A stretch of DNA of 64,000 bases from a virus, in IMG/VR virus record IMGVR_UViG_3300020183_000015, positions 69,947-133,946 of that record; one strand, given 5' to 3'. The position numbers were made by a program, and so were the translations under genes. The first letter of the stretch is position 1, and each line of letters opens with the position of its first letter. The notes beneath the pieces were generated by a model. It was not told the origin of the DNA and did not search any database. It worked only from the letters and a program-made list of their open reading frames with translations. Below are positions 42,401 to 50,525 of the stretch, one piece after another.

Positions 42401-42800
42401 TATAAATGGTTATGTTACCGAAAAATCACTTACAGGAACAACCTTTATAATTACACCCGATAATTATGATTCGGCACCATACTATAAATTGAACAACTAC
42501 ATAAATTTAGTTCCTATTTCAGAAACAGGACCAACATTGAATTTTGGAGATGAGTATTACTTTTACGGGAATATCGAAACCGACATCCAGGCAACAATTT
42601 ATGAAATGAAATATAAAATCAATTTGGGACAAACTGAGTTTTTAATCTCACAAAACCCAAGTTGGTCGACAGCTAAACAGCCTTACATTACTGAAATTGG
42701 ATTGTTTGACGATCAAAAAGACTTGTTAGTAATTTCTAAATTACAGTCACCCACATTAAGACAAGGAATCCAACAATACGTGGTAAAATTAGATTTGTAG
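39453..42800 (+). CDS. Tail collar/fibre-anchoring protein with Pro-Thr stalks
   Basis: N-terminal RITDTGRQKLSQGNFKISYFQVGDSE and C-terminal ITEIGLFDDQKDLLVISKL resemble tail-collar fibre motifs; PT and poly-T inserts lie between them. Confidence 0.6.
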   Translation: MGYIIKNTSGLVNTRITDTGRQKLSQGNFKISYFQVGDSEVSYDKLPNSYNQANSFVLEPQFNAQNSSGAPQSNKQYVKYPYLVDQGETNTYGIPFMDSAIESVYNRAAMRGFFDGITTGTTINWRVLTGDYYVVTANYEVPMNQFVGDNKILLEYSPCNGQNTRKPSVGDFITIFYDGNGCSNCYCENVPTPTPTTSPNSTGVPVTPTPTPSATVGTINCASPTPTPTPTHTPCLSPTPQPACPPTPLPECYMSMNSCYLILTYRIIDVCDNLITLDRNTPDYCEISPDCCARVIIYPPNMTTQYDSYTPRPHWADNVIDFESVCDLDQFNVKIWNMNIPWTENPAGLISTQYKGYQDFGSINYIGSKEYFGYNSSSGQTSTDPVYYFNSFSEKIIVTPEEQKAIAIIHYTNQTIDFFYGEKFALEPYDPTNPLDTIGQARNFKLHVPWLMWHKNRECCFGVTFWVDPPGFDGKDLFQVQYIKSTKNSDMNEPGLRYYNLWDTYPNANGIPNRVGKVFPDSHIVVIDDEELVAAMSYKSNRNFTLPAPQLSLITPNICDTTTSLNGVLSSHTETMYITYQLENDYCFTNWLHSNYYSKIVGNNNICTPDVSKNVAIRFGPEFPCLNQPGYTPTTTTTTFPTTTTTTTVNPPCWENGFKFTFLFGSNVVELFLQNTGSYLNGQPIFSATLGTHALNVYWNGLAWIIIAVDSPEIETILFTTIDPIGGFDTNVTGGVLQVSGYTSCGNDNTICATICQIAGSCYNDTFVPINSGGTTVYLSFTTNSQIYYNQIAGDWVMEIAGTVEGKLIGLSPNDIPIGSYITSTYDSISTTPGSCPLTCNCVNFSAQTTTQVNYLECNGVLSFITLQVGDQMDVCVANNIFNLGPGSVVVNHCTLPCPTPIMMSSMSNMSLQNTVQNFTSLNQNFNVNQVTTTTTACPVCNIENGFWATKFKVLAQKVVTGERPDPAKWKVIDFTTKIESQFINGYVTEKSLTGTTFIITPDNYDSAPYYKLNNYINLVPISETGPTLNFGDEYYFYGNIETDIQATIYEMKYKINLGQTEFLISQNPSWSTAKQPYITEIGLFDDQKDLLVISKLQSPTLRQGIQQYVVKLDL
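40023..40202 (+). repeat. Pro-Thr coding repeat
   Basis: PTPTPTTSP...TPTPTPS...SPTPTPTPTHTP. Confidence 0.9.
41346..41396 (+). repeat. Poly-Thr coding repeat
   Basis: TPTTTTTTFPTTTTTTT. Confidence 0.9.
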
Positions 42801-42852
42801 TCGAAAACCTTCAAATTTCAAAAAATTATCTTATTATCTTAATAAAAAAAAT

Positions 42853-43455
42853 ATGACCAAGAATTTGAAAAACTCACCAAAAGTTTTGGGTTTGGATATA
42901 TCCACCAAAACGATAGGATGGGCCTTGTTTGACATCCGATCTCAAGATCTTTTGGAACTCACACACATATCCCCAAGACCTAAAAATACGGATGATGATA
43001 AACTAAAAGAATTAATTCTTAAGTCTGAAATATTTGCAGAAAAGCTTAAACTATACAAAGATTTAGGTATTGTAAGAGTTGTAATTGAGGAACCACTATT
43101 AAACTCGAATAATATTTATACAATACAAACATTACTTAGATTTAATAGTTTTGTTTTTAAGGAAATCTATAATATTTTGGAAATTGTACCCGAATTTATC
43201 TCAACTTATAACTCAAGAAAGTTTGCCTTCCCCGAATTAGTTCAAGAAAATGAAAAAAAAAAGTTTGTCCTTTTTGGAGGATTACCCAAAGACATTGACA
43301 AAAAAATGATCATTTGGGAAAAGGTTGCTAAAAGAGAACCTCAAATCACTTGGCATTATACAAGAAACAATACTTTGAAAAAGGAAAACTTTGACCAAAC
43401 AGATGCCTATACTTCTGTGTTAGGGTTAATGAGATCAAAAGGAATTTGGAAATAA
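42853..43455 (+). CDS. ruvC: RuvC-like Holliday junction resolvase
   Basis: LGLDISTKTIGW, VVIEE, DQTDAY. Confidence 0.8.
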   Translation: MTKNLKNSPKVLGLDISTKTIGWALFDIRSQDLLELTHISPRPKNTDDDKLKELILKSEIFAEKLKLYKDLGIVRVVIEEPLLNSNNIYTIQTLLRFNSFVFKEIYNILEIVPEFISTYNSRKFAFPELVQENEKKKFVLFGGLPKDIDKKMIIWEKVAKREPQITWHYTRNNTLKKENFDQTDAYTSVLGLMRSKGIWK

Positions 43456-43505
43456 TATCTTCTGAAATAACAATAATTTAAAACATCCTACAAATGAAGA
43501 TATTT

Positions 43506-45683
43506 TTATGCAATCACGTCAAATCCACATATATCAAACTTAATACCACCTAAAGCGTAGGATAATTGGTTTGATGATAATGTTAATGAATTGAAACCTG
43601 ATGGAGTATAAATTGTAAAAATACCGCTTCCACTATGATATGGTAAAGAAGAATTACCAATACAACCTGATAATGGAAACGCCTCAACTGATTGGCCAAC
43701 TATCTGATAACAACAAGCGTCACACTCAGTAACCGTCATCTGAGGTTGTCCATTATTAACACTGAATTGAACGGATTCTGTTGAAACTAAAACTCCTGTT
43801 GCGGTGTCAATTTTAAACGTATAGTCAAAAAGTCTTATTCTTACGTTGTTTACTAAACCATTGAATGTTACTGTATAACTCCAATTACCTAATAGAGTGG
43901 CACCTCCTTGAATTAAATCGGTTACAGTGATTGTTTGACTGTAACACGCTGGAGAAAACGTCTGAGGTCCAGTAAAGGTTATATCGCCAAATCCTGTTCC
44001 AGCCAATGTTATACCGTTAATAACTAAAGACTGACCAATTCTAGGAAGTGGACCACCAATTGGACAACAATCCTCAACACAATTTTGATCAACAAAACTT
44101 ATGACAAGAGCAGTAGAATTACTAATTGGAGAAAACGAAGAACACCAGTAAGAATCACCAGGGGTTGCGGCAACGTCTATAACATTACCATTACAATCAC
44201 CAACCTGAACTTCTTGATTAACAGGACCATTGTTTGTAATTAACCAAGTTGATGTTATACATTGGTTAGGGGTTGGTGTTGGTGTTGGCATAGGTGTTGG
44301 GGTCATAGACGGACAAATTGTAGGTAATTCAATTGTGTTGAATGACGCAAAACTTAGTAAACAATTAATTGCCGTACAATCGTTAGGGTATCCACAAGTC
44401 ACATCAACCCAATCACCGACTGCTCCAATAGGGGTTATTGTGTCAAATGGTAGATATGAACCTATTAAGTTTGTTGTTGTTTCTTCTGCAACCCACCTAA
44501 CGTTAATTGGGTCCCAATAAATTGAATACACATATGTATTATTAAGTGGTAAATTAGGGTAAGTCCAAGTATATGAAGGTCTTCCATTAATTATTGGACC
44601 TGCATTTACTTGTTCAGAACCACATTCAGAATTAACAACTAAACAATTGTAAACTGGTATAGGTGTTTCTTCAGGACAATACAGACAAGCTCCCGAAGCA
44701 GAATCACCAACAACCAAAATAATCTGAATGTTATCGATACCACTTAAGTTTTGAACAAGACCTTCAAAAATAGCACAAGTTTTAGTACCATTTATTACAA
44801 CTTGGTAAACAAATCCTTCAGATAATTGATTGTTATAAGGATCTAAAACAGATTCTGTTGTGTAATAATCAAAACCTGTAAAACAATCTTTGAATTTTTT
44901 ACTATCACCACAAATGATTTTTTCTGACACTCCATTAAAAATTGCACTCCCACTAAAAATACAAGGTCTAATAATTGTTGGTGATTGTGTTGGTGTTGGT
45001 GTAGGTGTTGTCGATGGACTTGGCGTCACTTTAATTCCTGAAATAGTTGCCGAATACCCACCACACGGATTAGTTTGTGTTGGTGTAGGAGTTGGTGTAG
45101 GAGTCGGAGTCGATGTCGGAGATGCCTCGGGTACTGGAACAAAAAAACAATCAAAAATCGCCTCAAAATTAAAATCCTCACATGGATCTGTTGTAATTGG
45201 TGTTGTTTGACAAGCACCTGAGTAAAATAAACTACTGTCCAAATCAGGACATGGCGATGAAGACCCCATTGGACCAAAAAGATCACAAACTCCACCTAAA
45301 GATGAAGATAAACACCACTGTAAATTTGTGAGGTTATAATAAATAAAGTAAGGCCAAGTAGAACCCTCGAAATACACTTCATTATTGAATGTACCTGCGA
45401 CTTCATATGTATCATCGTAAAAATTAGTTCCATCAACACAGTATTCATCCGCACAATTACAAGAAGTAAAATACCTGAAACCACCCAAATAATAAAAGGC
45501 AACTACACCATTTGAATAAAACCCAGTTGTCAACTCACTTGGTGCGGTACATAGCGCACTTGTATAAAGACTTTCCCCAACAGACAAACTATTACCGTAA
45601 ATTGTTATACCAACAGACGCACCACAAGCATCTGTTTTGGTTGCTTGAACTGATGACCATAAACCTAAATTACTACAGGGCAT
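43506..45683 (-). CDS. Cys-rich, Pro-Thr-repeat fibre/decoration-like protein
   Basis: 725 aa, three PT tracts, many Cys, NGRPSY...IYWD...W module. Confidence 0.6.
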   Translation of the reverse strand: MPCSNLGLWSSVQATKTDACGASVGITIYGNSLSVGESLYTSALCTAPSELTTGFYSNGVVAFYYLGGFRYFTSCNCADEYCVDGTNFYDDTYEVAGTFNNEVYFEGSTWPYFIYYNLTNLQWCLSSSLGGVCDLFGPMGSSSPCPDLDSSLFYSGACQTTPITTDPCEDFNFEAIFDCFFVPVPEASPTSTPTPTPTPTPTQTNPCGGYSATISGIKVTPSPSTTPTPTPTQSPTIIRPCIFSGSAIFNGVSEKIICGDSKKFKDCFTGFDYYTTESVLDPYNNQLSEGFVYQVVINGTKTCAIFEGLVQNLSGIDNIQIILVVGDSASGACLYCPEETPIPVYNCLVVNSECGSEQVNAGPIINGRPSYTWTYPNLPLNNTYVYSIYWDPINVRWVAEETTTNLIGSYLPFDTITPIGAVGDWVDVTCGYPNDCTAINCLLSFASFNTIELPTICPSMTPTPMPTPTPTPNQCITSTWLITNNGPVNQEVQVGDCNGNVIDVAATPGDSYWCSSFSPISNSTALVISFVDQNCVEDCCPIGGPLPRIGQSLVINGITLAGTGFGDITFTGPQTFSPACYSQTITVTDLIQGGATLLGNWSYTVTFNGLVNNVRIRLFDYTFKIDTATGVLVSTESVQFSVNNGQPQMTVTECDACCYQIVGQSVEAFPLSGCIGNSSLPYHSGSGIFTIYTPSGFNSLTLSSNQLSYALGGIKFDICGFDVIA
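44984..45137 (-). repeat. Pro-Thr coding repeats (a further tract at about 44270-44305)
   Basis: SPTSTPTPTPTPTPT and TPSPSTTPTPTPTQSP. Confidence 0.85.
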
Positions 45684-45904
45684 TAAAAATGTATTACTTG
45701 ATTTATTACACAGCCCGCATCGTCAATAATCTTAACCACAACACTATTCAAATTATTATATGGAAAAGGTACGTTGAAAACATAAGGTAATTGACCTGCG
45801 TTTATAGTGGAAATATAAATGCAATTTGTAAAAATTAAATTACAAACATAGATGTCGTAATTTGGTGTTCCATTTATTGTAGATATCGTAACTTGATTGG
45901 GCAT
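45683..45904 (-). CDS. Small beta protein, paralog of 36065..36292
   Basis: VCNLIFTNC...PYVFNVP...IIDDAGC; TATTTAT upstream on the minus strand. Confidence 0.7.
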   Translation of the reverse strand: MPNQVTISTINGTPNYDIYVCNLIFTNCIYISTINAGQLPYVFNVPFPYNNLNSVVVKIIDDAGCVINQVIHF

Positions 45905-45951
45905 TAAAAGTACTTTTAGATAAATATAGAATATGAAAAAAACTTGTGAAG

Positions 45952-45980
45952 TTGAGAAATTATTTATTATTTCCTATATT
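45952..45980 (+). promoter_or_regulatory. Possible sigma70-type promoter TTGAGA-N17-TATATT
   Basis: 17-nt spacer, directly before the primase gene. Confidence 0.45.
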
Positions 45981-45982
45981 GT

Positions 45983-46885
45983 ATGTATATGGAAGAAAAT
46001 GATGCTTTAGTTGAGTTGTTAGAGTCGCTTTTGGGGGATCATGGACTCCATTACCCCAACCGAGGCCAAATCTCCTTCAATTGCCCCGTGTGTGATGACG
46101 GAAGAAACAAACACAACCTCGAAGTAAACTACATAGAAAATGTTTTCAAATGTTGGTCTTGTGGTGATAGTGAAAATACTCACGGATCTTTAACCAAACT
46201 TTTTGACAAATATGGAAATAGAAAACAAAAAAAACTTTATTCTGTTTTCAGACCAGAGACAATAGTAAAAAGAGAAAAGAAGAAAAAAACACTAAAATTA
46301 CCCGAAGGATTCACCCTCTTTAAAGACTCAAGCCCCGTTTATCCCGTAAGAAGATCTGCTAAAAATTATTTAGATAATCGGGGAATTTCCGAATATATGA
46401 TCGAAAAATATCAAATTGGATTTTGCGACAAAGGAGACCACGCAGGACGTATAGTTATACCATCATATAATTCTAACGGTGAGTTAAATTATTATATTGC
46501 GAGAAGTTGGAGTCCTATGTCTAAAGCAAAATACAAAAATCCTGAGGCAGAAAAAGACAAAATAATATTTTGGGAAAGTTTAATTGATTGGACAAAAGAC
46601 ATTTATTTAGTAGAAGGTGCGTTTGATGGTTTGTTTTTAGATAACGCAATCCCAATGTTAGGTAAACACATGTCAGAACTTTTATTTGAAACAATCTACA
46701 AAAAGGCTAAGGCTAACGTTATTATTTGTTTGGATGGTGATGCGTGGGAAAACGCTGTAAAACTTTACCATGAATTAAACGGTGGAGACCTATATGATAA
46801 AATTAAAATTTTGAAACTACCAATTGATCAAGATGTTTGTGATCTTAAGGGTAGAATTGATGATTACTATACTATAATAAGATAA
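45983..46885 (+). CDS. dnaG: DNA primase (Zn finger + TOPRIM)
   Basis: CPVC...CWSC, RIVIP, KYKNP, LVEGAFD, LDGDA. Confidence 0.9.
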   Translation: MYMEENDALVELLESLLGDHGLHYPNRGQISFNCPVCDDGRNKHNLEVNYIENVFKCWSCGDSENTHGSLTKLFDKYGNRKQKKLYSVFRPETIVKREKKKKTLKLPEGFTLFKDSSPVYPVRRSAKNYLDNRGISEYMIEKYQIGFCDKGDHAGRIVIPSYNSNGELNYYIARSWSPMSKAKYKNPEAEKDKIIFWESLIDWTKDIYLVEGAFDGLFLDNAIPMLGKHMSELLFETIYKKAKANVIICLDGDAWENAVKLYHELNGGDLYDKIKILKLPIDQDVCDLKGRIDDYYTIIR

Positions 46886-47748
46886 TGGATTTAAAAAAAA
46901 TAGCACAAGAAATACGAGATATCTTGTCTGAAAGACAAAAAGAGTTTCAGATAACTTTTGAAGAAGAAAGTCACAAATATACTATGTTGGACGATAAAGG
47001 AAATTTAAGAAGTGATTTCCCATCAGTATCCAAAGTTATGAAGTTATTTTACGAGGAATTCCCAACAGAACAAGCTGCTTATAGTAAGGCTGGTGGAGAT
47101 CCTGATGAAGCTGAAAGACTTATGGAAGAATGGGCCGAAGCAGGTAGAAAATCAACTAACCTTGGTTCTCGTTGTCACTTCTTTTTGGAAGAACATACAT
47201 TAAAAGAGTTTGGTATTGAAAAAGAAGTTCGTCAACCAATTTTTGAATGTGATGCAGAACAACTTATTAAAAGTGATACAATGATTATCACTGGAAAAAG
47301 ATATATTGATCTAATTAAAGATAGAGGATGTGTCTTGATTGATACGGAAATGGTATTAGGTCATCCTGAACTTGGGTATACTGGTCAACCCGATAAGGTT
47401 TGGTTGGTTGTTGGAACTAACGGTAAGTTGGGTATCTTAATTACTGATTGGAAAACAAACAAACCAAAAAACTTTGCGGTTACCAAATACACTAAAAACA
47501 TGAAAAAACCATTTCAGGATCTACCTGATAATGCTTTAGGTCACTACCAAACTCAATTACCTTTTTATGGTAAATTGTTACTCAAAATGTTAGAAGGAAC
47601 TAAGTATGAAGGTATACCACTTTTGGGTTGTATTGTGGTTTTACTAACCGAAGAGAGGGAATTTCACGAGTACCGAGTTTCAAAGAAAACAATGAATACG
47701 ATACTTGAAATGGACATGAAAGAATATTTGACTAAATCTAAAAAATAA
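46885..47748 (+). CDS. PD-(D/E)XK exonuclease (Cas4/RecB-like)
   Basis: PSVS, GSRCH, E...GQPD...ITDWKT, YQTQLPFY. Confidence 0.8.
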   Translation: MDLKKIAQEIRDILSERQKEFQITFEEESHKYTMLDDKGNLRSDFPSVSKVMKLFYEEFPTEQAAYSKAGGDPDEAERLMEEWAEAGRKSTNLGSRCHFFLEEHTLKEFGIEKEVRQPIFECDAEQLIKSDTMIITGKRYIDLIKDRGCVLIDTEMVLGHPELGYTGQPDKVWLVVGTNGKLGILITDWKTNKPKNFAVTKYTKNMKKPFQDLPDNALGHYQTQLPFYGKLLLKMLEGTKYEGIPLLGCIVVLLTEEREFHEYRVSKKTMNTILEMDMKEYLTKSKK

Positions 47749-47756
47749 ACTATAAT
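47728..47756 (+). promoter_or_regulatory. sigma70-type promoter TTGACT-N17-TATAAT
   Basis: Same hexamers and spacing as the promoter at 9783. Confidence 0.75.
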
Positions 47757-47769
47757 ACAAATAAAAAAA

Positions 47770-47988
47770 ATGGAAGATGAAATTATAAAACCAAGAATCG
47801 ATCTTAGACAACAAGAAACAATAAAATGTGAAAGTTGCGGATCTAAGTACTTTAAAGAAATAACAATGTTAAAAAAAGTACTCAAATTATTAACAGGAAG
47901 TCATGAAGATACACTTGTACCATTCCCAACATATATGTGTAATGATTGTGGTCATGTGAATAAAGAATTCGAACTATTTATTGACTAA
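47770..47988 (+). CDS. Zinc-ribbon protein
   Basis: CESCG...CNDCGH. Confidence 0.75.
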   Translation: MEDEIIKPRIDLRQQETIKCESCGSKYFKEITMLKKVLKLLTGSHEDTLVPFPTYMCNDCGHVNKEFELFID

Positions 47989-48134
47989 TGGAAATAGGAA
48001 AAATGACGATATCTCAAGTTACCCCTTATTTGGAGAATATCGCAAAAAACTACGGATTAAAATTAAATCGGGTTAAAGAATTCAAGTTGGCAAGAATTAT
48101 TTTGATAAACCTTTATTGTAGAGAAATGGTATGA
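47988..48134 (+). CDS. 48-aa hypothetical protein (absent from ORF track)
   Basis: MEIGKMTISQ...LYCREMV; TAATG and ATGA overlaps with both neighbours. Confidence 0.65.
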   Translation: MEIGKMTISQVTPYLENIAKNYGLKLNRVKEFKLARIILINLYCREMV

Positions 48135-48370
48135 CACACAAAGAATTTTATATCTGGTTAGAAGGATACCTCTATGGTAAACTCGAAAATAAACATATTG
48201 ATATAACACCAATAGTTGAGAAGATGGGTGAAGTGAAAGACGAACCAAAGTTTGGTATTGCCGAACCGTATAGAGTACCCATGCCAGTAAACCCATTCCC
48301 AATCACAGACGACCCTTACAGACCGCCATATGAAGTATATTGCGGAGACAAAACACAATTAAATGATTAA
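48131..48370 (+). CDS. Hypothetical protein
   Basis: MTHKEFYIWLEGYL; overlaps both neighbours. Confidence 0.7.
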   Translation: MTHKEFYIWLEGYLYGKLENKHIDITPIVEKMGEVKDEPKFGIAEPYRVPMPVNPFPITDDPYRPPYEVYCGDKTQLND

Positions 48371-49142
48371 AAAACTTATACACTTTTCAGATTTACACAT
48401 CCGTCTCTTCAAAGACCACGATCTTTACAAGTCAATTTTAGAGAATGCTATCAAACAATGGAGAGAATTGAATCCGGATCGTATTGTCTTTACCGGAGAT
48501 TTGGTACATTCTAAAAATCAAATGACTCCTGAACTTATTGAAATGGTTAGTTGGATTTTAACCGAATGTTCATTTGTTGCAAAAACAATTATTATTCCTG
48601 GAAATCACGACTTCTTGGTTAATAATACTGAAAGATTGGACGCACTATCACCAATTATCAATTCACTTAATAGTAAAAATATTGTTTACTACAAAGACCG
48701 TGGTGTATATGAGGACGATAATGTTAGTTGGTGTGTATATTCACAATACCAAGGAAATATTCCACCTGACATAACAGAATCTAAAGGAACTCGAATTGGT
48801 TTATTCCATGGGCCAATCCAAGGAATGAAAACCGATCTTGGATTTGACTTTGGTGAAGAGGCGTACGATGTTGAAAAGTTTGATGGGCTTGAAACCGTAT
48901 TATGTGGTGACATTCACAAACGACAAGAATTCAAGTTCAAAACAGGTAAAGGATATATGATCGGATCACCAATCCAACAAAATATTGGTGAGAGTATTGG
49001 ACGACATGGATATGGAATTTATGATGTTGACACTAAAGAATATTTTTATGTTGATCTACCAAACCCAAAACCTTTTATGAAATTCTCGATAAAATCATTT
49101 GAAGATATTGAAAATGGAATTGAAAAAATCCAAAATCTTTAA
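48363..49142 (+). CDS. Mre11/SbcD/gp47-like metallophosphoesterase (short form)
   Basis: SDLH, GD, GNHD, HG, GDIH motifs. Confidence 0.85.
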   Translation: MIKKLIHFSDLHIRLFKDHDLYKSILENAIKQWRELNPDRIVFTGDLVHSKNQMTPELIEMVSWILTECSFVAKTIIIPGNHDFLVNNTERLDALSPIINSLNSKNIVYYKDRGVYEDDNVSWCVYSQYQGNIPPDITESKGTRIGLFHGPIQGMKTDLGFDFGEEAYDVEKFDGLETVLCGDIHKRQEFKFKTGKGYMIGSPIQQNIGESIGRHGYGIYDVDTKEYFYVDLPNPKPFMKFSIKSFEDIENGIEKIQNL

Positions 49143-49734
49143 TAAAGAAATAATGCAGGCGGTGTCTGCATTTTGTGAATCCCAAGAAATTGAGGATGTT
49201 GATAATTTTATGTACTTATGCTTTAAGCAGGGTTTTGATATTAAGAAGTACGGACTTTTAGGAAAACCACTTAATGATGGTGAAAAAGACTTAAAAATAG
49301 GTGGAGAACAAGAAAAATGGGTGGAAAAAGAGGTAATTGTTGAAAAACGAGTGGAAATACCTGTTGAGGTTATCAAAGAGGTGGAAAAAATTGTTGAGGT
49401 TATCAAAGAAGTACCTGTTGAAAAAGTTGTCACAAAAATCGAATATATTAGTGACAAAACAACAGAAGATGAACTTGGTGAAATAATTACCAACTTGAAA
49501 AATGAAATGTCTAAAAAAGATAAAGAGTTAGATGAACTTAGACAAAATTTAGACATTTTAAAAGAAAATGATAAAACAAAACTCTTACAAGAAACTCTTC
49601 AGAATTTAAGAAATGAATTACATAAAAAAAATCAACAATTAATTGAATTAGAAAAAATAAACCGAGACCTTTTGAACGGTAATCAAAACCAAGCTTACCT
49701 TCTAAAGGGATCAAATTTAAAAGATAGAATATGA
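49099..49734 (+). CDS. Coiled-coil protein with VEK/VPV repeats
   Basis: VEKEVIVEKRVEIPVEVIKEVEKIVEVIKEVPVEKVV. Confidence 0.7.
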   Translation: MKILKMELKKSKIFNKEIMQAVSAFCESQEIEDVDNFMYLCFKQGFDIKKYGLLGKPLNDGEKDLKIGGEQEKWVEKEVIVEKRVEIPVEVIKEVEKIVEVIKEVPVEKVVTKIEYISDKTTEDELGEIITNLKNEMSKKDKELDELRQNLDILKENDKTKLLQETLQNLRNELHKKNQQLIELEKINRDLLNGNQNQAYLLKGSNLKDRI

Positions 49735-50078
49735 ATATTTTAATGTGGATTATCGCAGCTTACGGAATGACAAACATTTTGGTCTATGGATCAATTTTTA
49801 ACGGACTAAGAAATTGGATACATAAAAATGCCCAACCAAACGTTGGGTGGGTGTTGTTTAGACCAATTTTTACATTTGTATCAGACTTAATTCAGTGTGT
49901 CCTATGTACAAGTACTTGGGTTGGTTTTTTTCTTTCTTTGACTCTTTTTGCACCATGGCATGAGATCATTGGACTTAATAAATATTTTTCAATATTCTTT
50001 GATGGAATGTTGTCTGCAGGTGCCGTATGGGCCATTAACAGTGTGGTTGAGTGGTTCGAAGAAAATAGACCAAAATGA
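49731..50078 (+). CDS. Membrane protein, DUF1360-like
   Basis: Hydrophobic helices with CVLCTSTWVG. Confidence 0.6.
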   Translation: MNILMWIIAAYGMTNILVYGSIFNGLRNWIHKNAQPNVGWVLFRPIFTFVSDLIQCVLCTSTWVGFFLSLTLFAPWHEIIGLNKYFSIFFDGMLSAGAVWAINSVVEWFEENRPK

Positions 50079-50227
50079 AAAAAGTAAAGTTTGTATATTC
50101 GGATACAATCCAAGAATCAATTATTTTTTATGATGATTTATTCTTAGGTGGAAAAAAAGTTGTGCAAATTTTTGAAAATGGTATTACTGGTTATACCTCA
50201 ATAAAACTTGTAAAAATTATAAAATAA
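50075..50227 (+). CDS. 50-aa hypothetical protein (absent from ORF track)
   Basis: MKKVKFVYSD...LVKIIK; ATGA overlap, fills the gap exactly. Confidence 0.5.
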   Translation: MKKVKFVYSDTIQESIIFYDDLFLGGKKVVQIFENGITGYTSIKLVKIIK

Positions 50228-50232
50228 ATAAA

Positions 50233-50523
50233 ATGGGAAAAAGAGCAAAAGAACACAGAAAAAAAGTTGCAAAAAGGAATGCACAAATAGAAATTCAGAA
50301 AAAAAACATGAGAAAAGTTTTTGATGATTTGTTGAAAAAACAACAAGACTTAATGTTGAATGAAGAAAACACCAAAGTAAAAATGGGTGATAAAGAGATA
50401 AATTTTGAGGTTTTAGGTGAGGTAGAAAATAAACCAGAAAGTGGTATTAGAATTACTTTAGATCCTGAAGAATCTGCAAAAATCAACAAAGAATTCGAAG
50501 AAGAACTACCGACAGAAGAATAA
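50233..50523 (+). CDS. Hypothetical protein, basic N-terminus
   Basis: MGKRAKEHRKKVAKRN; acidic C-terminus. Confidence 0.7.
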   Translation: MGKRAKEHRKKVAKRNAQIEIQKKNMRKVFDDLLKKQQDLMLNEENTKVKMGDKEINFEVLGEVENKPESGIRITLDPEESAKINKEFEEELPTEE

Positions 50524-50525
50524 AA

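Noticed and set aside
43454-43504. 9-bp inverted repeat AATATCTTC/GAAGATATT as an inversion or mobility site
   Set aside because: AT-rich and short, with no partner seen at the other end of the cassette and no recombinase nearby; at most a weak terminator between convergent genes.
44230-45210. Plus-strand Gly-Val-rich ORFs
   Set aside because: Antisense shadows of the Pro-Thr repeats in the minus-strand gene.
46885-47748. Cas4 as part of a CRISPR system
   Set aside because: It lacks the four Fe-S cysteines and has no cas neighbours; a typical standalone phage exonuclease next to primase.
49095-49556. 153-aa minus-strand ORF and other short nested/antisense ORFs in the track
   Set aside because: Ser/Thr/Phe-rich mirror of the VEK repeats; fully overlapped by better-supported genes.
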